A DNA stretch of 41,977 nt from Candidatus Omnitrophota bacterium (GTDB taxonomy: Bacteria > Omnitrophota > Gorgyraeia > M55B152): NCBI GenBank assembly GCA_018399975.1, contig JAGYNU010000003.1, positions 1 through 41,977 on the forward strand, written 5' to 3'. This document shows, in pieces, positions 1 through 10,643 of this stretch; position 1 is the stretch's first letter, and each line of letters opens with the position of its first letter. The notes under the pieces were generated by a model that saw only the letters and a list, made by a program, of their open reading frames with translations, searched no databases and was not told the origin of the DNA. Made by a program: the position numbers and the translations under genes.

Positions 1-23
1 AAGAATTTAGAAAGCGATTTAAA

Positions 24-2121
24 ATGAATAAATTTATATTTTTAACATTAATTTTATTTTGTTTTGTAACTTTAATAAGTTATTTTATTTTTCCTGCATT
101 TGATTTTTGTAATAAAAACTTTGGGACCACAAGAATAGTTAGAGAATTTTCTATTATGCCATTTATGGATTTTGTAGAAAAAGTATTAGCTGCCCGGATT
201 AGAGAAGAGGTTAAGGTAAATCCTTTATATATTAAGTTTCGAGGAGGACATTTAAATCATTCGCGTAATTTGATTTTAAAAGCGGCTCGTTTGTCCCTTC
301 TTGAACAAGAAGGTGAATCTACAAAAAAAGCACTTGTTATAGGTGCGGGTAATTGTTTGGATATACCTATTTAAAGAGCTTACTGAAATGTTTGATGAAG
401 TTTATTTGTTGGATGTTGCTTATGAAACGACAGGTTCTATTGTAAAAGAAGGAAGATATTTTGAACTTAAAGATACAGATGATGGTTGGCAGGTAGAAGA
501 AAAATACCTTACCGAAGAACAACGGTCTAAACTTAAATTTGTAAATACAGATGCAACAGGAGGTGCTGTATTTGAAATAGTTAAAAGAGTTTACGCATTA
601 GTTGAAAATAATGATACTGTTTTAAAAGAAGATGTTTTAAAAATTTTTCAGGATATTCAAATTTCCGCCTTGCCTTTTGAAGAAAGTATGTTTGATTTAG
701 TTACTTCTTCAACTGTGTTTTCTGATTTTTTGACTCTTGTACAAGATTATATGATGTATGTTTTGTATGAAAAAGATGCTTCATTTTTTGTAAATGATAC
801 TGATGTAAATAAAGTATTAGTTGGACTAAATGAGAAAGTAGGTAAACATCATATAGCAGAAACGCACAGGATACTTAAAAATACCGGTAGGTTTTATTTT
901 TCCGCGTGTGTATTTAAAGGTGAAATTTATAAACCTATAGGAGGAAATGGAGCAAAATCCGGAGAATTTCTTGAGAGCGGCCAACAGATACGTCACCTTA
1001 CAAGGGAAGTAACTATGCCGGAAGATTTAAAAACATTGGTTCCTAATTATTTTCGTATAAAACCAGAAGAACAAGATAAATTGAATCTATGGTTATGGCC
1101 GGGCGAAGATGGTGAAAATGCTCTTGAAGTTCAGGCACTTATTCTATCTAAAAAAGAAAAAATTATACATACACATACAAATGGCGATATTATAAACATT
1201 CCTTTTGGTTCGCAATTATTAGAGACAGTTGATAATATATATACTTATGGTAGTTCTGTTAGGGATATAACAGGGCATCTAATATTTGCTATACCAGATT
1301 ATCTTTTAAATGAAGGGATTTATATATTAAACAACCGTTTGAATCCTTTAATTAGAAGTGAATTTAAAGAAGGTATTGTTTTTGGTGATGATTTTAAGCC
1401 ACATTTATATGCTACTTCTTTAGTGTTTCTTAACAGGAACGATTTAAGAAATATTTTTATCGGTAACGAAAACGGTAAAGTTTCGGGTATTACATTGGAC
1501 GGTAACATAGTATTAACCCGTTTAGCAAGAATATCCAATGATACAGTTCTTAAAAATGTTACTTTTAAAGCTGCTGCTTATGTAGGTAGAGGTTGGAATT
1601 TAGAAAATGTGAATATTGAGAGAAGTATATTATCTGATTGTATAACCCAAGCAGGAGAAGTGCTAAGCGTAAATCTGTCGCATATTAATATCGTTGGGTC
1701 CTATGTAGGAGCAGGAGCCGATATACAAGCTACTTTATTGCAAAACACGGTAATTCCAGAAGGTAGAACTTTTGAAAAAGAAACGGCAAATATAATAGGT
1801 TTAATGAGCGAAGATACTTGTTTAGCAAATTATTTTGAAAAAATTAATTTTGATGAACTTGATGATGGTAATTTATTAACTGGTTTATTAGATGGAGAAA
1901 TTAGAGTGCGTGGTTCCGATATTGATAGCTTGCCTTACTCAGGGAGAATAACAAGTCTTGCTACTGCTTTTTGTATATTATTACAAAAAGGTAATCAGGC
2001 ATTAGTAGAGCGATATTTATATCTATTACCTGAGGATGTTAAAAAGGAAATTAGAGAAAAAATGTCAATTGTAAGTATATTTGTCGATTCTGGTTTATAT
2101 GAAGAATTAAATAAGCAGTAA
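24..2121 (+). pseudogene. Signal-peptide protein with class I SAM-methyltransferase-like domain and C-terminal left-handed beta-helix-like region, split by a +1 frameshift at about 369-375 (ORFs 24..374 and 343..2121)
   Basis: ORF1 ends in the SAM-binding motif ALVIGAGNCLDIPI. The +1 frame continues KELTEMFDEVYLLD (motif II acidic strand), then LPFEESMFDLVTS and ETHRILKNTGRF. Hydrophobic N-terminus; hexapeptide-like I/V-rich C-terminal region. Confidence 0.7.
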
Positions 2122-2175
2122 CATTTTCTAAAACTTACCTGAATTTATTCTTTCCTTTTTTATATTTTCACTTTG

Positions 2176-2203
2176 TTGTAGAAAAAAACTCTTATGGTAT
2201 AAT
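2176..2203 (+). promoter_or_regulatory. Putative sigma-70 promoter of the U32-addAB operon
   Basis: TTGTAG-N16-TATAAT with extended TG before the -10; RBS GGGAGG at 2232-2237. Confidence 0.5.
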
Positions 2204-2249
2204 AGTACTATATTATTTGGATATTTTTAACGGGAGGTATTTTGAAATT

Positions 2250-3470
2250 ATGAAGGCAGTTAAAAAGCCAGAATTGTTGTCTCCTGCGGGTAATTGGAGT
2301 TCGTTGAAAACAGCAGTTTCAAGTGGTGCGGATAGTGTATATTTTGGCGTTAAAAGTTTAAATATGAGAGATAAAGCTGATAATTTCGATATTCTTGAAA
2401 TTAAAAAAGTGATGGATTATTTACATAAAAATAAAAAAAAAGGATATCTTGCACTTAATATTATAGTAATGAATAACGAAATATATAAAGTCAGAAGAAT
2501 TTTAGAAGAATCGAAAAAAGCTGAAGTAGATGCAGTGATATTGTGGGATATGGCAGTTTTGTCCATGGTTAAAGAATTAGATATGCGTGTGCATTTATCC
2601 ACACAGGCAAGTGTTTCTAATATAGAATCTTTAAAATTTTTTACAAAGTTAGGTGTAAAAAGAATAGTTTTAGCAAGAGAGTGTAATTTAAAAGATATAA
2701 AGGAAATGGTAAATCGGATAGATAAAGAGAATATCGATTGTGAGATTGAAACATTTATACACGGAGCGATGTGTGTAAGCATTTCAGGCAGATGTTTGTT
2801 ATCAGAATATTCTTTTGGTAAATCAGCGAATAGAGGGAAGTGCTTACAACCGTGTAGAAGAGAATACATAATTAAGGATGTGCAAGATGGTATGGAATAT
2901 GTTTTAGGTAAAAATTATATATTAAGTCCCAAAGATTTATGTACTATAGATTTTATCGATGATTTGATAAAATCAGGGGTAAGTGCATTTAAAATTGAAG
3001 GGAGGATGCGCCCATCGGAATATATAAAAATTGTAACATTGTCTTACCGTAAAGCCATAGATTCTTTTTTTGAAAATAAATTAACCACTGATTTAAAAAA
3101 TGACTTAAAGCAAGATTTAAAAGAGGTTTATAATAGGGGTTTTTCAGCTGGATTTTATCTTGGGACTCCTGGAAAAAAAGCAATTAGTAAACAGTTAGAG
3201 CATCTTTACAAAAAAATTTTTGTTGGAGAAGTAAAGAAATTTTATAAGAAAATAAGTGTAGCAGAAGTATTAATTCAAAATGGGTCTTTAATTAAAGGAG
3301 ATAAACTTTTATTTGCAGGCAAAAAAACACAGGCTGAATTTTCGACTGTAAAAGAAATGCAGAAAAATAATGAATTTATAGACCAAGCTAAAAAAGGTGA
3401 TTTTATAGGAATCAAATTGCCTTTTCGTGTAAGGCGTAATGATAAAGTATTTTTATGGAAGAAAAAATAA
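2250..3470 (+). CDS. U32 family peptidase-like Fe-S protein (TrhP-type tRNA hydroxylase-like)
   Basis: PELLSPAG, GADSVYFG, HLSTQ, HGAMCVSISGRC, NRGKCLQPCR, LSPKDL, KIEGR motifs; ATG 2250 follows the RBS. Confidence 0.9.
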   Translation: MKAVKKPELLSPAGNWSSLKTAVSSGADSVYFGVKSLNMRDKADNFDILEIKKVMDYLHKNKKKGYLALNIIVMNNEIYKVRRILEESKKAEVDAVILWDMAVLSMVKELDMRVHLSTQASVSNIESLKFFTKLGVKRIVLARECNLKDIKEMVNRIDKENIDCEIETFIHGAMCVSISGRCLLSEYSFGKSANRGKCLQPCRREYIIKDVQDGMEYVLGKNYILSPKDLCTIDFIDDLIKSGVSAFKIEGRMRPSEYIKIVTLSYRKAIDSFFENKLTTDLKNDLKQDLKEVYNRGFSAGFYLGTPGKKAISKQLEHLYKKIFVGEVKKFYKKISVAEVLIQNGSLIKGDKLLFAGKKTQAEFSTVKEMQKNNEFIDQAKKGDFIGIKLPFRVRRNDKVFLWKKK

Positions 3471-3484
3471 AAGGAGTTGTATAG

Positions 3485-6400
3485 TTGAAAAATAAATCTA
3501 ATGTTTCTAAGCTTCCAGAAGTTAGAGTTGTTGAAGCTTCAGCAGGTTCGGGCAAGACATATGCTTTATCGAAACGTTATCTCCAACTTATTTTAAATAA
3601 AGAAGCATCTCCTGAATTAATTAGAGATATTTTAGCGATTACTTTTACAAATGCTGCTGCCCGGGAGATGAAAGAAAATATCCTCGATTTTCTAAAAAGG
3701 ATTGCCTTAGATAGTTTTTCAAATTTAGAAAAAAAACAAGATATTTATTCCTGTCTTAAAATTACTCCTCAAATTGCCCGTCAGAAAGCTACAGATTTAA
3801 TGAATTATATTATACAAAATTATAATTTTTTTCAAATACAAACAATAGATAGTTTTATTAATATACTTTTAGCAGGATGTTCGTATAAACTTGATATTTC
3901 GGCACAATTTAAAATAAAGGAAAATTACAAAGATTATTTGTCCTATAGTTTAGATGAATGTATACAGGAAGCTAATTATAGTAAAAAAGTGAAAAATGTT
4001 TTTGACAATTTTATAAACCAGTATTTGTTTTTAGAGAATAAACATAGTTGGTTTCCTAAAGATAATATTTTAGGTCTTATATATTCTTTGTTTCATTATA
4101 ATACTGTTTATGGGAGGAATTTTTTTAAATTTGGTTTTGAAAAACAAAGTTTATTTGCAAAAAAAAATGAGATACTTAACTCGATTAAAGTTTTAAAAGA
4201 TAAAGCACCTGAAGGAACAAATAAACGTTTCTTAAATAGTATAAATAAATTTTTAGAAAAAAATCAAAAAATTTTCGATTTTGAAGATTTAAGCGATTAT
4301 TTTAAAAGAGAAGTTTTTCCGATAAATAAAGGATATGAAGTTCCTAACGAAATAAAAAAAACATGGGGAAGTGTTAGAAAAAAAATAAAAGAGACATCTA
4401 AAAAGGAAGCATTATCTTTATTTAATTGTTATATTGATATTTTTAACATGGTACACCAATTTTTTAAAAAAACTACAGCTGGAGAGGACATTATATTTTT
4501 AGGAGAACTTAACCGCGAGGCCCGGATGTTATTTGAGAATTCGGGAATTACCGTGCCGGAGCTTTATTATAGGCTTGCTGCTCGTTTTAAACATTATTTG
4601 ATAGATGAATTTCAAGATACTAGTTTGTTACAATGGCAGAATTTAAAACTTATGATAGAAGATGCGCTTTCGTCTGGGGGGTCTTTATTTTATGTTGGTG
4701 ATAAAAAACAGGCAATTTATAGATTTAGAGGTGGGGAAGTTTCTTTGTTCGATGATATAAAAGAGGAATTGTTTAATTTTAATATTAGGACTAGTTCACT
4801 TAATAAAAACTATAGAAGCCAGAAAGCTATAGTGGATTTTAATAATAAATTGTTTTCTAAAAGTAATCTGGCAGAGTTTATCCAAAAATTTCAGTCCTCC
4901 GATAATAATGACCTTGGATATTTTTCTAAAGAAGATGCAGATGAAATTATCGATTCTTTTGCTGAATCCGAACAGATATATAAAAAAGACAAGCAGAATG
5001 GATATGTTAATGTGCAACAAATAGAATGTAATAATAAAGAAGAAAGAAACGAAATAGTTAAAAATAGACTTTTTGATAGAGTTAAAGAATTAAGGAAAAG
5101 ATTTTCATTGAAAGATATAGCGGTTTTATTGCGTAGTAATAAAGATGTTGAATTAATAAGCGGATGGTTGATTGAGCAAGGGATACCGGTTGAATCGGAT
5201 AAGACTTTAAATATTAAAAATAATAAATTTATAAAAGAAATTGTGTCATTTTTAAAATTTTTAAACTCTCCTATTGATAATATCTCATTTGTTTCTTTTA
5301 TATATAGCGATATTTTTTCTAAAGTATCAGGTTTAGATAGAAAAGAAATCGAGGAATTTTTAATAAAACAAAGAGATAATTACATCCATAAAAGTACATT
5401 TTATATATATAGAGAATTTAGAGAAAACTATCAGAAGATTTGGAAAGATTATATAGAAGATTTTTTTAAAAACGTTGGGTTAATCGGGTTTTATGAATTG
5501 GTAATTGATATTTTTCAACAAATGCAGATATTTAAGAATTTTCCGGAGTATCAAGGATTTTTTATGCATTTTCTTGAAATGATAAAAACAAAAGAAGAAG
5601 ATTATCAAAATTTAGATGATTTTCTGGGTTATTTTGAAAATGCAGATGAAACAGACCAGGCATTTTATGTAAATTCATCTGCCACCGATGCAATAAAAGT
5701 TAAAACCATACATAAAGCAAAAGGTTTAGGGTTCCCAGTTGTTATTTTACCATTTTTGGAATTAAATAAATTACAGTTAAGTCCCGGAGGCAGAGGTAAA
5801 TCTTCTTATATAGTGAAAGAGTTTGAAGATAATCTTGTTTTATTAAGATTAGATAAAAAATATGCTAAATTTTCTTCTTTTATAAAAGATTTTTACATTG
5901 ATGAATATAAAAAGTCTTTTATCGATGAGCTTAATACGATTTACGTTGCTTTTACAAGGGCTAAATATGAAATGCATATTTTTATTCCTGTTGGTATTAA
6001 CCACAGGAAAAATTTGGTGAAGTTTCTCGTCCCGGAAAATATATACGAATGTGGGAAGCCACGTTTATATAAAGAATTAAATAATAAAGAGGAGCATAAA
6101 AATATTGAAATACCTGTTGTTGATTACAAAAATTGGATTAGTTTTTTAAAAAATGAGTTTGTAGATATTAATACTATAAAAAACAGAGAGGAAATATTAA
6201 AGGGCAGTATATTGCATTTTATATTATCTTGTATAGGAAATTTAAAAAATAAGTCTAAAGAAGAAATTTTAAAGAAAGCTACAAAAAAAGCAAATACGGA
6301 ATTTCCTGATACAAAAAATTTTTCAGGTGAGAAGTCCATGGTTAACGCATTATTAAAAGATGATGTTTTAAAGAGATTTTTCTATCTTGATAAAAATGAT

Positions 6401-6649
6401 AGTGTTTTTACAGAAAAGGAATTAGTAGATAAAAAAGGACATACTAAAAGAATAGACAGGCTTATTATTAAGGCTGATGAAAATGAAGTTTGGGTAATTG
6501 ATTATAAACTTAAAGGGGCATTATTAAAAGAATATAAAGACCAGATTATAGAATATATTGATTTAGTTAAACAAATATATCCGGAGTTTAAAATAAAAGG
6601 TTTTATAATATTTATACAGGAATTACAGGTAGAGGAAATAAATGGTTAG
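3485..6649 (+). CDS. addA: AddA/RecB-like UvrD helicase-nuclease
   Basis: EASAGSGKT, AITFTNAAA, IDEFQDTS, VGDKKQAIYRFRGG, NYRS, TIHKAKGL, YVAFTRA and C-terminal RIDRL...VIDYK nuclease. Confidence 0.9.
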   Translation: MKNKSNVSKLPEVRVVEASAGSGKTYALSKRYLQLILNKEASPELIRDILAITFTNAAAREMKENILDFLKRIALDSFSNLEKKQDIYSCLKITPQIARQKATDLMNYIIQNYNFFQIQTIDSFINILLAGCSYKLDISAQFKIKENYKDYLSYSLDECIQEANYSKKVKNVFDNFINQYLFLENKHSWFPKDNILGLIYSLFHYNTVYGRNFFKFGFEKQSLFAKKNEILNSIKVLKDKAPEGTNKRFLNSINKFLEKNQKIFDFEDLSDYFKREVFPINKGYEVPNEIKKTWGSVRKKIKETSKKEALSLFNCYIDIFNMVHQFFKKTTAGEDIIFLGELNREARMLFENSGITVPELYYRLAARFKHYLIDEFQDTSLLQWQNLKLMIEDALSSGGSLFYVGDKKQAIYRFRGGEVSLFDDIKEELFNFNIRTSSLNKNYRSQKAIVDFNNKLFSKSNLAEFIQKFQSSDNNDLGYFSKEDADEIIDSFAESEQIYKKDKQNGYVNVQQIECNNKEERNEIVKNRLFDRVKELRKRFSLKDIAVLLRSNKDVELISGWLIEQGIPVESDKTLNIKNNKFIKEIVSFLKFLNSPIDNISFVSFIYSDIFSKVSGLDRKEIEEFLIKQRDNYIHKSTFYIYREFRENYQKIWKDYIEDFFKNVGLIGFYELVIDIFQQMQIFKNFPEYQGFFMHFLEMIKTKEEDYQNLDDFLGYFENADETDQAFYVNSSATDAIKVKTIHKAKGLGFPVVILPFLELNKLQLSPGGRGKSSYIVKEFEDNLVLLRLDKKYAKFSSFIKDFYIDEYKKSFIDELNTIYVAFTRAKYEMHIFIPVGINHRKNLVKFLVPENIYECGKPRLYKELNNKEEHKNIEIPVVDYKNWISFLKNEFVDINTIKNREEILKGSILHFILSCIGNLKNKSKEEILKKATKKANTEFPDTKNFSGEKSMVNALLKDDVLKRFFYLDKNDSVFTEKELVDKKGHTKRIDRLIIKADENEVWVIDYKLKGALLKEYKDQIIEYIDLVKQIYPEFKIKGFIIFIQELQVEEING

Positions 6650-9470
6650 CAAAGTAATTACATATAATTTCAATGAAGATTTTATAGATTGTTTGGTAAA
6701 TTACATACAAAAGGAATTTATTAGTAAAAGTAAATATGATTTATCAAAGCTTGCTGTTATTTTTGGAGGGAAACGGCCTTCTTTATTTGTTAAAAGGCAA
6801 CTTTCTGTTAGTATTGATAAAAGTTTTTATCCGCCTAAGTTTTTTTCCATCGACGAATTTATAAATTATATTGTAAAGAAACAAAAAAATGTTTTACCTA
6901 TAAATGATTTAAATGTTTGTTATATATTGTATAATTTAACTAAAAAGATTGCTCCTGAGGTTTTATCGGGGCGCGAAAAATTTTCGGAGTTTTTACCATG
7001 GGCTAAAGAATTGGCTAGATTTATAGATGAATTAGATTTAGAAATAATAGATAGCGAAGCTTTGAAGAGCATTCAATATAACGCCGAGATTGGTTATGAA
7101 ATTCCGGAAAATGTTAATAAACTTTTAGAGCATATAATTTCGATAAGGCAGGCGTATCATAAAAAACTCAAAGATAATAATACTTATCCACGTAGTTTAA
7201 AATATAATACTGCTGCTAATCTTATTTCTAATATTGAGTTTCCCGAATTCGATAAAATTTTATTTTGCAACTTTTTTTATCTAAGTAAATCAGAAGAGAA
7301 AATTATTAAAAGTCTTTATGATAGAGATAAAACTATTTTGTTTTTTCAGAGAGATGACAGAATTTGGCCTGTTTTTGAAAAGTTGTCCGATAATTTATCC
7401 TGTAAAATAAAACCTGATAGAAAAATAGAACATAAACCTAATATAGAAATACAAAGGGGTTTCGATATCCATTCTCAAATAGGATTAGTTAGAAAATATT
7501 TAAAGAAAAAAGACAATTTCGATGAAACTGTTATTGTATTGCCGGATTCGAATAGTCTTATACCTCTATTATCCGAAATTTCTGTTTTTATCGATGATTT
7601 TAATGTATCGATGGGTTACCCTTTAAATAGGACTACTCTTTATAGTTTATTCCAAGCTATATTTAAATCACAGAGTACCTGTAGAGATAATATGTATTAT
7701 ACCAAGGATTATTTAAAAGTTTTAACGCATCCTTTTATGAAAAATCTTGCTATAATTAATTCTAATTCTTCTATTACCAGAGTATTAGTTCACAAAATAG
7801 AGGAATTATTAAAAGGTGTTGAAAAAACGAATTTAAGCGGTAATTTATTTATAAAACTTTCAAATATACAACAGTATGAAAAATTATATTCTTTAGTTAT
7901 ATCTACTTTAAAAAATATGCATATAGATGTTAATGTTTCTGATTTGAAAACCGTTGTAGAAAAGTTGCATTTCTTTGGGTTTAATCTATGGAGTAAAATA
8001 AAGAATTTTTCTGATTTATCTAAGTCTTTAGATGAATTCCTTAATATACTTATAGACAAAAGTTTTATTGGGTTTTATCCTTTAAATTTAAAAATTTTAG
8101 AAAAAATATTTTCTATTAAAGATAAATTACAAAATGCTTTATTTAATCACGAGGAGTTTGATTTAAATGATATTTTTAAAATTTTTGATGATAAGCTTGC
8201 AAATGAATTAGTTTCTTTTTATGGTTCACCTTTAAAAGGTTTACAGATATTGGGACTTTTTGAAACACGTGCTTTGAGTTTTAAAAACGTTATAGTTATG
8301 AATGTTAACGAATCTGTTTTACCTAAACTTAAAGTTTCTGAACCTTTGATTCCGAGACAGATTATGATAAGTTTAGGGCTTGACCGGCTTGAACAGGCAG
8401 AAGAAATTCAAAGGTATCATTTTATGCGTCTTATTTCATCTGCCGAGAATGTGTATTTAGTTTACAATGATAACCCGGAAAATATAAGAAGTCGTTTTAT
8501 CGAGGAATTAATATGGGACAAACAAGTGCATGAACAAAAACTTTCAGTTTTTTCTGAACCTCAGGCTAAGTTTAAAACAGAAGTTTTATCACATAAAAGT
8601 ACGATACAGAAAACTCCTAAAATGATAGAGGTTTTAAGAAAATTAACATATTCTCCTTCCAGCATTGATACGTATCTTAATTGTCCTTTACGATTTTATT
8701 ATCAATATGTTTTAAAGTTAAAAGAAACAGAAGAGATGTTAGAAGAACCTAAAGGGTCTGATATGGGTAGTTTTATTCATGAATTACTTGAAGAAGCTTT
8801 TAGCGAATTTGTTGGAAGTAAACCTGTTATTGATGAAAATTTCAAAGGCAAATTTTTGAAACTATTTGATAAAAAATTTGATGTTATAATGAAGAAAAGA
8901 ATGAAAGCAGAAGCTTTTATGGTAAAAGATGTGTTGGAATATCGGTTAACTAAATTTTTAGATAAAGAAAAAACAAGAGAAGTTGAGGAAATTGTATCTT
9001 TAGAAGATAGCAGTTTAGGAAGCAATATAGAATTAAGCGGAAATAAATTTGATTTTAAATGTATAATTGATAGATTGGATAAACTTGAAAACGGGAGCTT
9101 TTTGATTATAGATTATAAAACAGGAACGAGTGCCAAAGCTCCTAAAGGAATTAAAAGCTTAAATAATATGGAGTTTAACCGTGAAAGCATAAAAAAAACA
9201 ATCAGGTCTTTTCAATTACCTTTATATTATTATTTTGTCAGAAAAAATTATAAAGAAGCATCTTTAAATGCGGTTTTGTATAACCTTAAAACTTTGGATT
9301 TTACAGCATTTGTTAAAAACATTAAATATGCAGATGATGTTATGCAGAAATGCATACAAGCTTTAGATTGTATTGTTCAGGAGATTTTAGATGTTGATAA
9401 AGATTTTGAAGCAGATGAATCAAAACCTCAAAATTGCAAATATTGTCCGTTTTTTTATTTGTGCAGATAG
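6642..9470 (+). CDS. addB: AddB-like PD-(D/E)XK nuclease subunit with Fe-S staple
   Basis: Overlaps addA; GLQILGLFETRAL, SPSSIDTYLNCP, IDRLD...IIDYKTG, C-terminal CKYCPFFYLC. Confidence 0.85.
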   Translation: MVSKVITYNFNEDFIDCLVNYIQKEFISKSKYDLSKLAVIFGGKRPSLFVKRQLSVSIDKSFYPPKFFSIDEFINYIVKKQKNVLPINDLNVCYILYNLTKKIAPEVLSGREKFSEFLPWAKELARFIDELDLEIIDSEALKSIQYNAEIGYEIPENVNKLLEHIISIRQAYHKKLKDNNTYPRSLKYNTAANLISNIEFPEFDKILFCNFFYLSKSEEKIIKSLYDRDKTILFFQRDDRIWPVFEKLSDNLSCKIKPDRKIEHKPNIEIQRGFDIHSQIGLVRKYLKKKDNFDETVIVLPDSNSLIPLLSEISVFIDDFNVSMGYPLNRTTLYSLFQAIFKSQSTCRDNMYYTKDYLKVLTHPFMKNLAIINSNSSITRVLVHKIEELLKGVEKTNLSGNLFIKLSNIQQYEKLYSLVISTLKNMHIDVNVSDLKTVVEKLHFFGFNLWSKIKNFSDLSKSLDEFLNILIDKSFIGFYPLNLKILEKIFSIKDKLQNALFNHEEFDLNDIFKIFDDKLANELVSFYGSPLKGLQILGLFETRALSFKNVIVMNVNESVLPKLKVSEPLIPRQIMISLGLDRLEQAEEIQRYHFMRLISSAENVYLVYNDNPENIRSRFIEELIWDKQVHEQKLSVFSEPQAKFKTEVLSHKSTIQKTPKMIEVLRKLTYSPSSIDTYLNCPLRFYYQYVLKLKETEEMLEEPKGSDMGSFIHELLEEAFSEFVGSKPVIDENFKGKFLKLFDKKFDVIMKKRMKAEAFMVKDVLEYRLTKFLDKEKTREVEEIVSLEDSSLGSNIELSGNKFDFKCIIDRLDKLENGSFLIIDYKTGTSAKAPKGIKSLNNMEFNRESIKKTIRSFQLPLYYYFVRKNYKEASLNAVLYNLKTLDFTAFVKNIKYADDVMQKCIQALDCIVQEILDVDKDFEADESKPQNCKYCPFFYLCR

Positions 9471-9502
9471 AAGTTATCCGATAAACTTATAAACAAAAAT
9501 AT

Positions 9503-10420
9503 ATGTTAAATAGAATTTTAAATTTTTATAACCGTTTATTTGTAGTATGGGTAATTATAGGAGGTGTAGCAGCTTATTTTTGGTCTGGAACGTTTTTGCA
9601 TTTAAAAAGCTATATGGAGATTTTTTTTGGCATAACGATGTTTGGAATTGGTATGGTGCTCAGTGTTAAGGATTTTGAGAATATTTTTAAACATCCCTGG
9701 GTAGTTTTAGTGGGAGTTGTTGCCCAGTTTACAATTATGCCATTTTCAGCTTATGGAGTCGCGAAATTATTTTCTTTTTCTAAAGAATTTTCTTTAGGCC
9801 TTATTCTTACCGGCTCTGCTCCAGGAGCTATGGCAAGTAATGTATTGAGTTATCTCGCAGGAGCAGATGTAGCTTATTCAGTATCTCTTACTACAGTTTC
9901 TACTTTAATTACACCTATAATGACGCCGGCTTTAACGCTTTTTCTAGCACATACACTTTTTGAAGTGCCTTTTTGGGATATGTTTTTAAGTGTAATAAAA
10001 ATTGTAGTTATTCCTCTTATTTTAGGATTTACAGTTAAAAGGATTTTTGATAAAAAAATAAAGCCTATAGAAAAAATATTTCCTGCTATTTCTACTACAT
10101 TCATTGTTTTTATCTGTGCTCTGGTTATTGCTTTAAATAGGGAATATTTAGAAAACATAAGGTATCTGATATTCGCAGGAGTTTTGTTGCTTAATATATG
10201 TGGTATGATATTTGGGTATATAGTTGGAAAATTTTTTAGATTTGATATATTAAAAAGACGGACTCTTGCTATAGAAATTGGTATGCAAAATGCTGGATTG
10301 GGAAGTGTCTTAGCTTTAAAACATTTTAATGAACGCGTAGCTTTTCCCGCAGTAATTTTTGTTTTTATATGTATTTTTACTGCGTCATTTTTAGTCCAAA
10401 TATGGTCGAAGAATAAATAA
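9503..10420 (+). CDS. Bile acid:sodium symporter (BASS/PanS-like) family transporter
   Basis: MFGIGM, AQFTIMP, APGAMASNV, IEIGMQNAGL motifs; multiple hydrophobic helices. Confidence 0.92.
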   Translation: MLNRILNFYNRLFVVWVIIGGVAAYFWSGTFLHLKSYMEIFFGITMFGIGMVLSVKDFENIFKHPWVVLVGVVAQFTIMPFSAYGVAKLFSFSKEFSLGLILTGSAPGAMASNVLSYLAGADVAYSVSLTTVSTLITPIMTPALTLFLAHTLFEVPFWDMFLSVIKIVVIPLILGFTVKRIFDKKIKPIEKIFPAISTTFIVFICALVIALNREYLENIRYLIFAGVLLLNICGMIFGYIVGKFFRFDILKRRTLAIEIGMQNAGLGSVLALKHFNERVAFPAVIFVFICIFTASFLVQIWSKNK

Positions 10421-10444
10421 CTAATATAAGAAAGGAGAAATGAT

Positions 10445-10612
10445 ATGTTTGATTTTGATAAATTAGGTGATATGAGCAAAATGGCAAAAGAAGCAAAAGA
10501 AATTCAGAAACAACAAAGTGAGTTCCAAAGCAAACAAATTGAACTGTTAAAAGATATTTCTTTGAAATTAGATAAACTGATTAGTATAATTAAAAGCAAG
10601 GGTTTTGATTGA
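10445..10612 (+). CDS. 55-aa small coiled-coil protein, absent from the ORF track (MFDFDKLGDMSKMAKEAKEIQKQQ...)
   Basis: Strong RBS AAGGAG at 10432-10437, ATG 10445, TGA 10610-10612; fills the intergenic gap; N-terminus reminiscent of YbaB/EbfC. Confidence 0.75.
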   Translation: MFDFDKLGDMSKMAKEAKEIQKQQSEFQSKQIELLKDISLKLDKLISIIKSKGFD

Positions 10613-10643
10613 TATTTGTAGGAATGATATAAAAAAAATGATT

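Noticed and set aside
343-374. GTG at 343 as an independent gene start
   Set aside because: It would cut off SAM-binding motif I, which lies in the upstream frame.
3485-9470. Helicase-nuclease pair as an anti-phage defence system or Cas4
   Set aside because: Sizes, motif order and the Fe-S staple match housekeeping AddAB.
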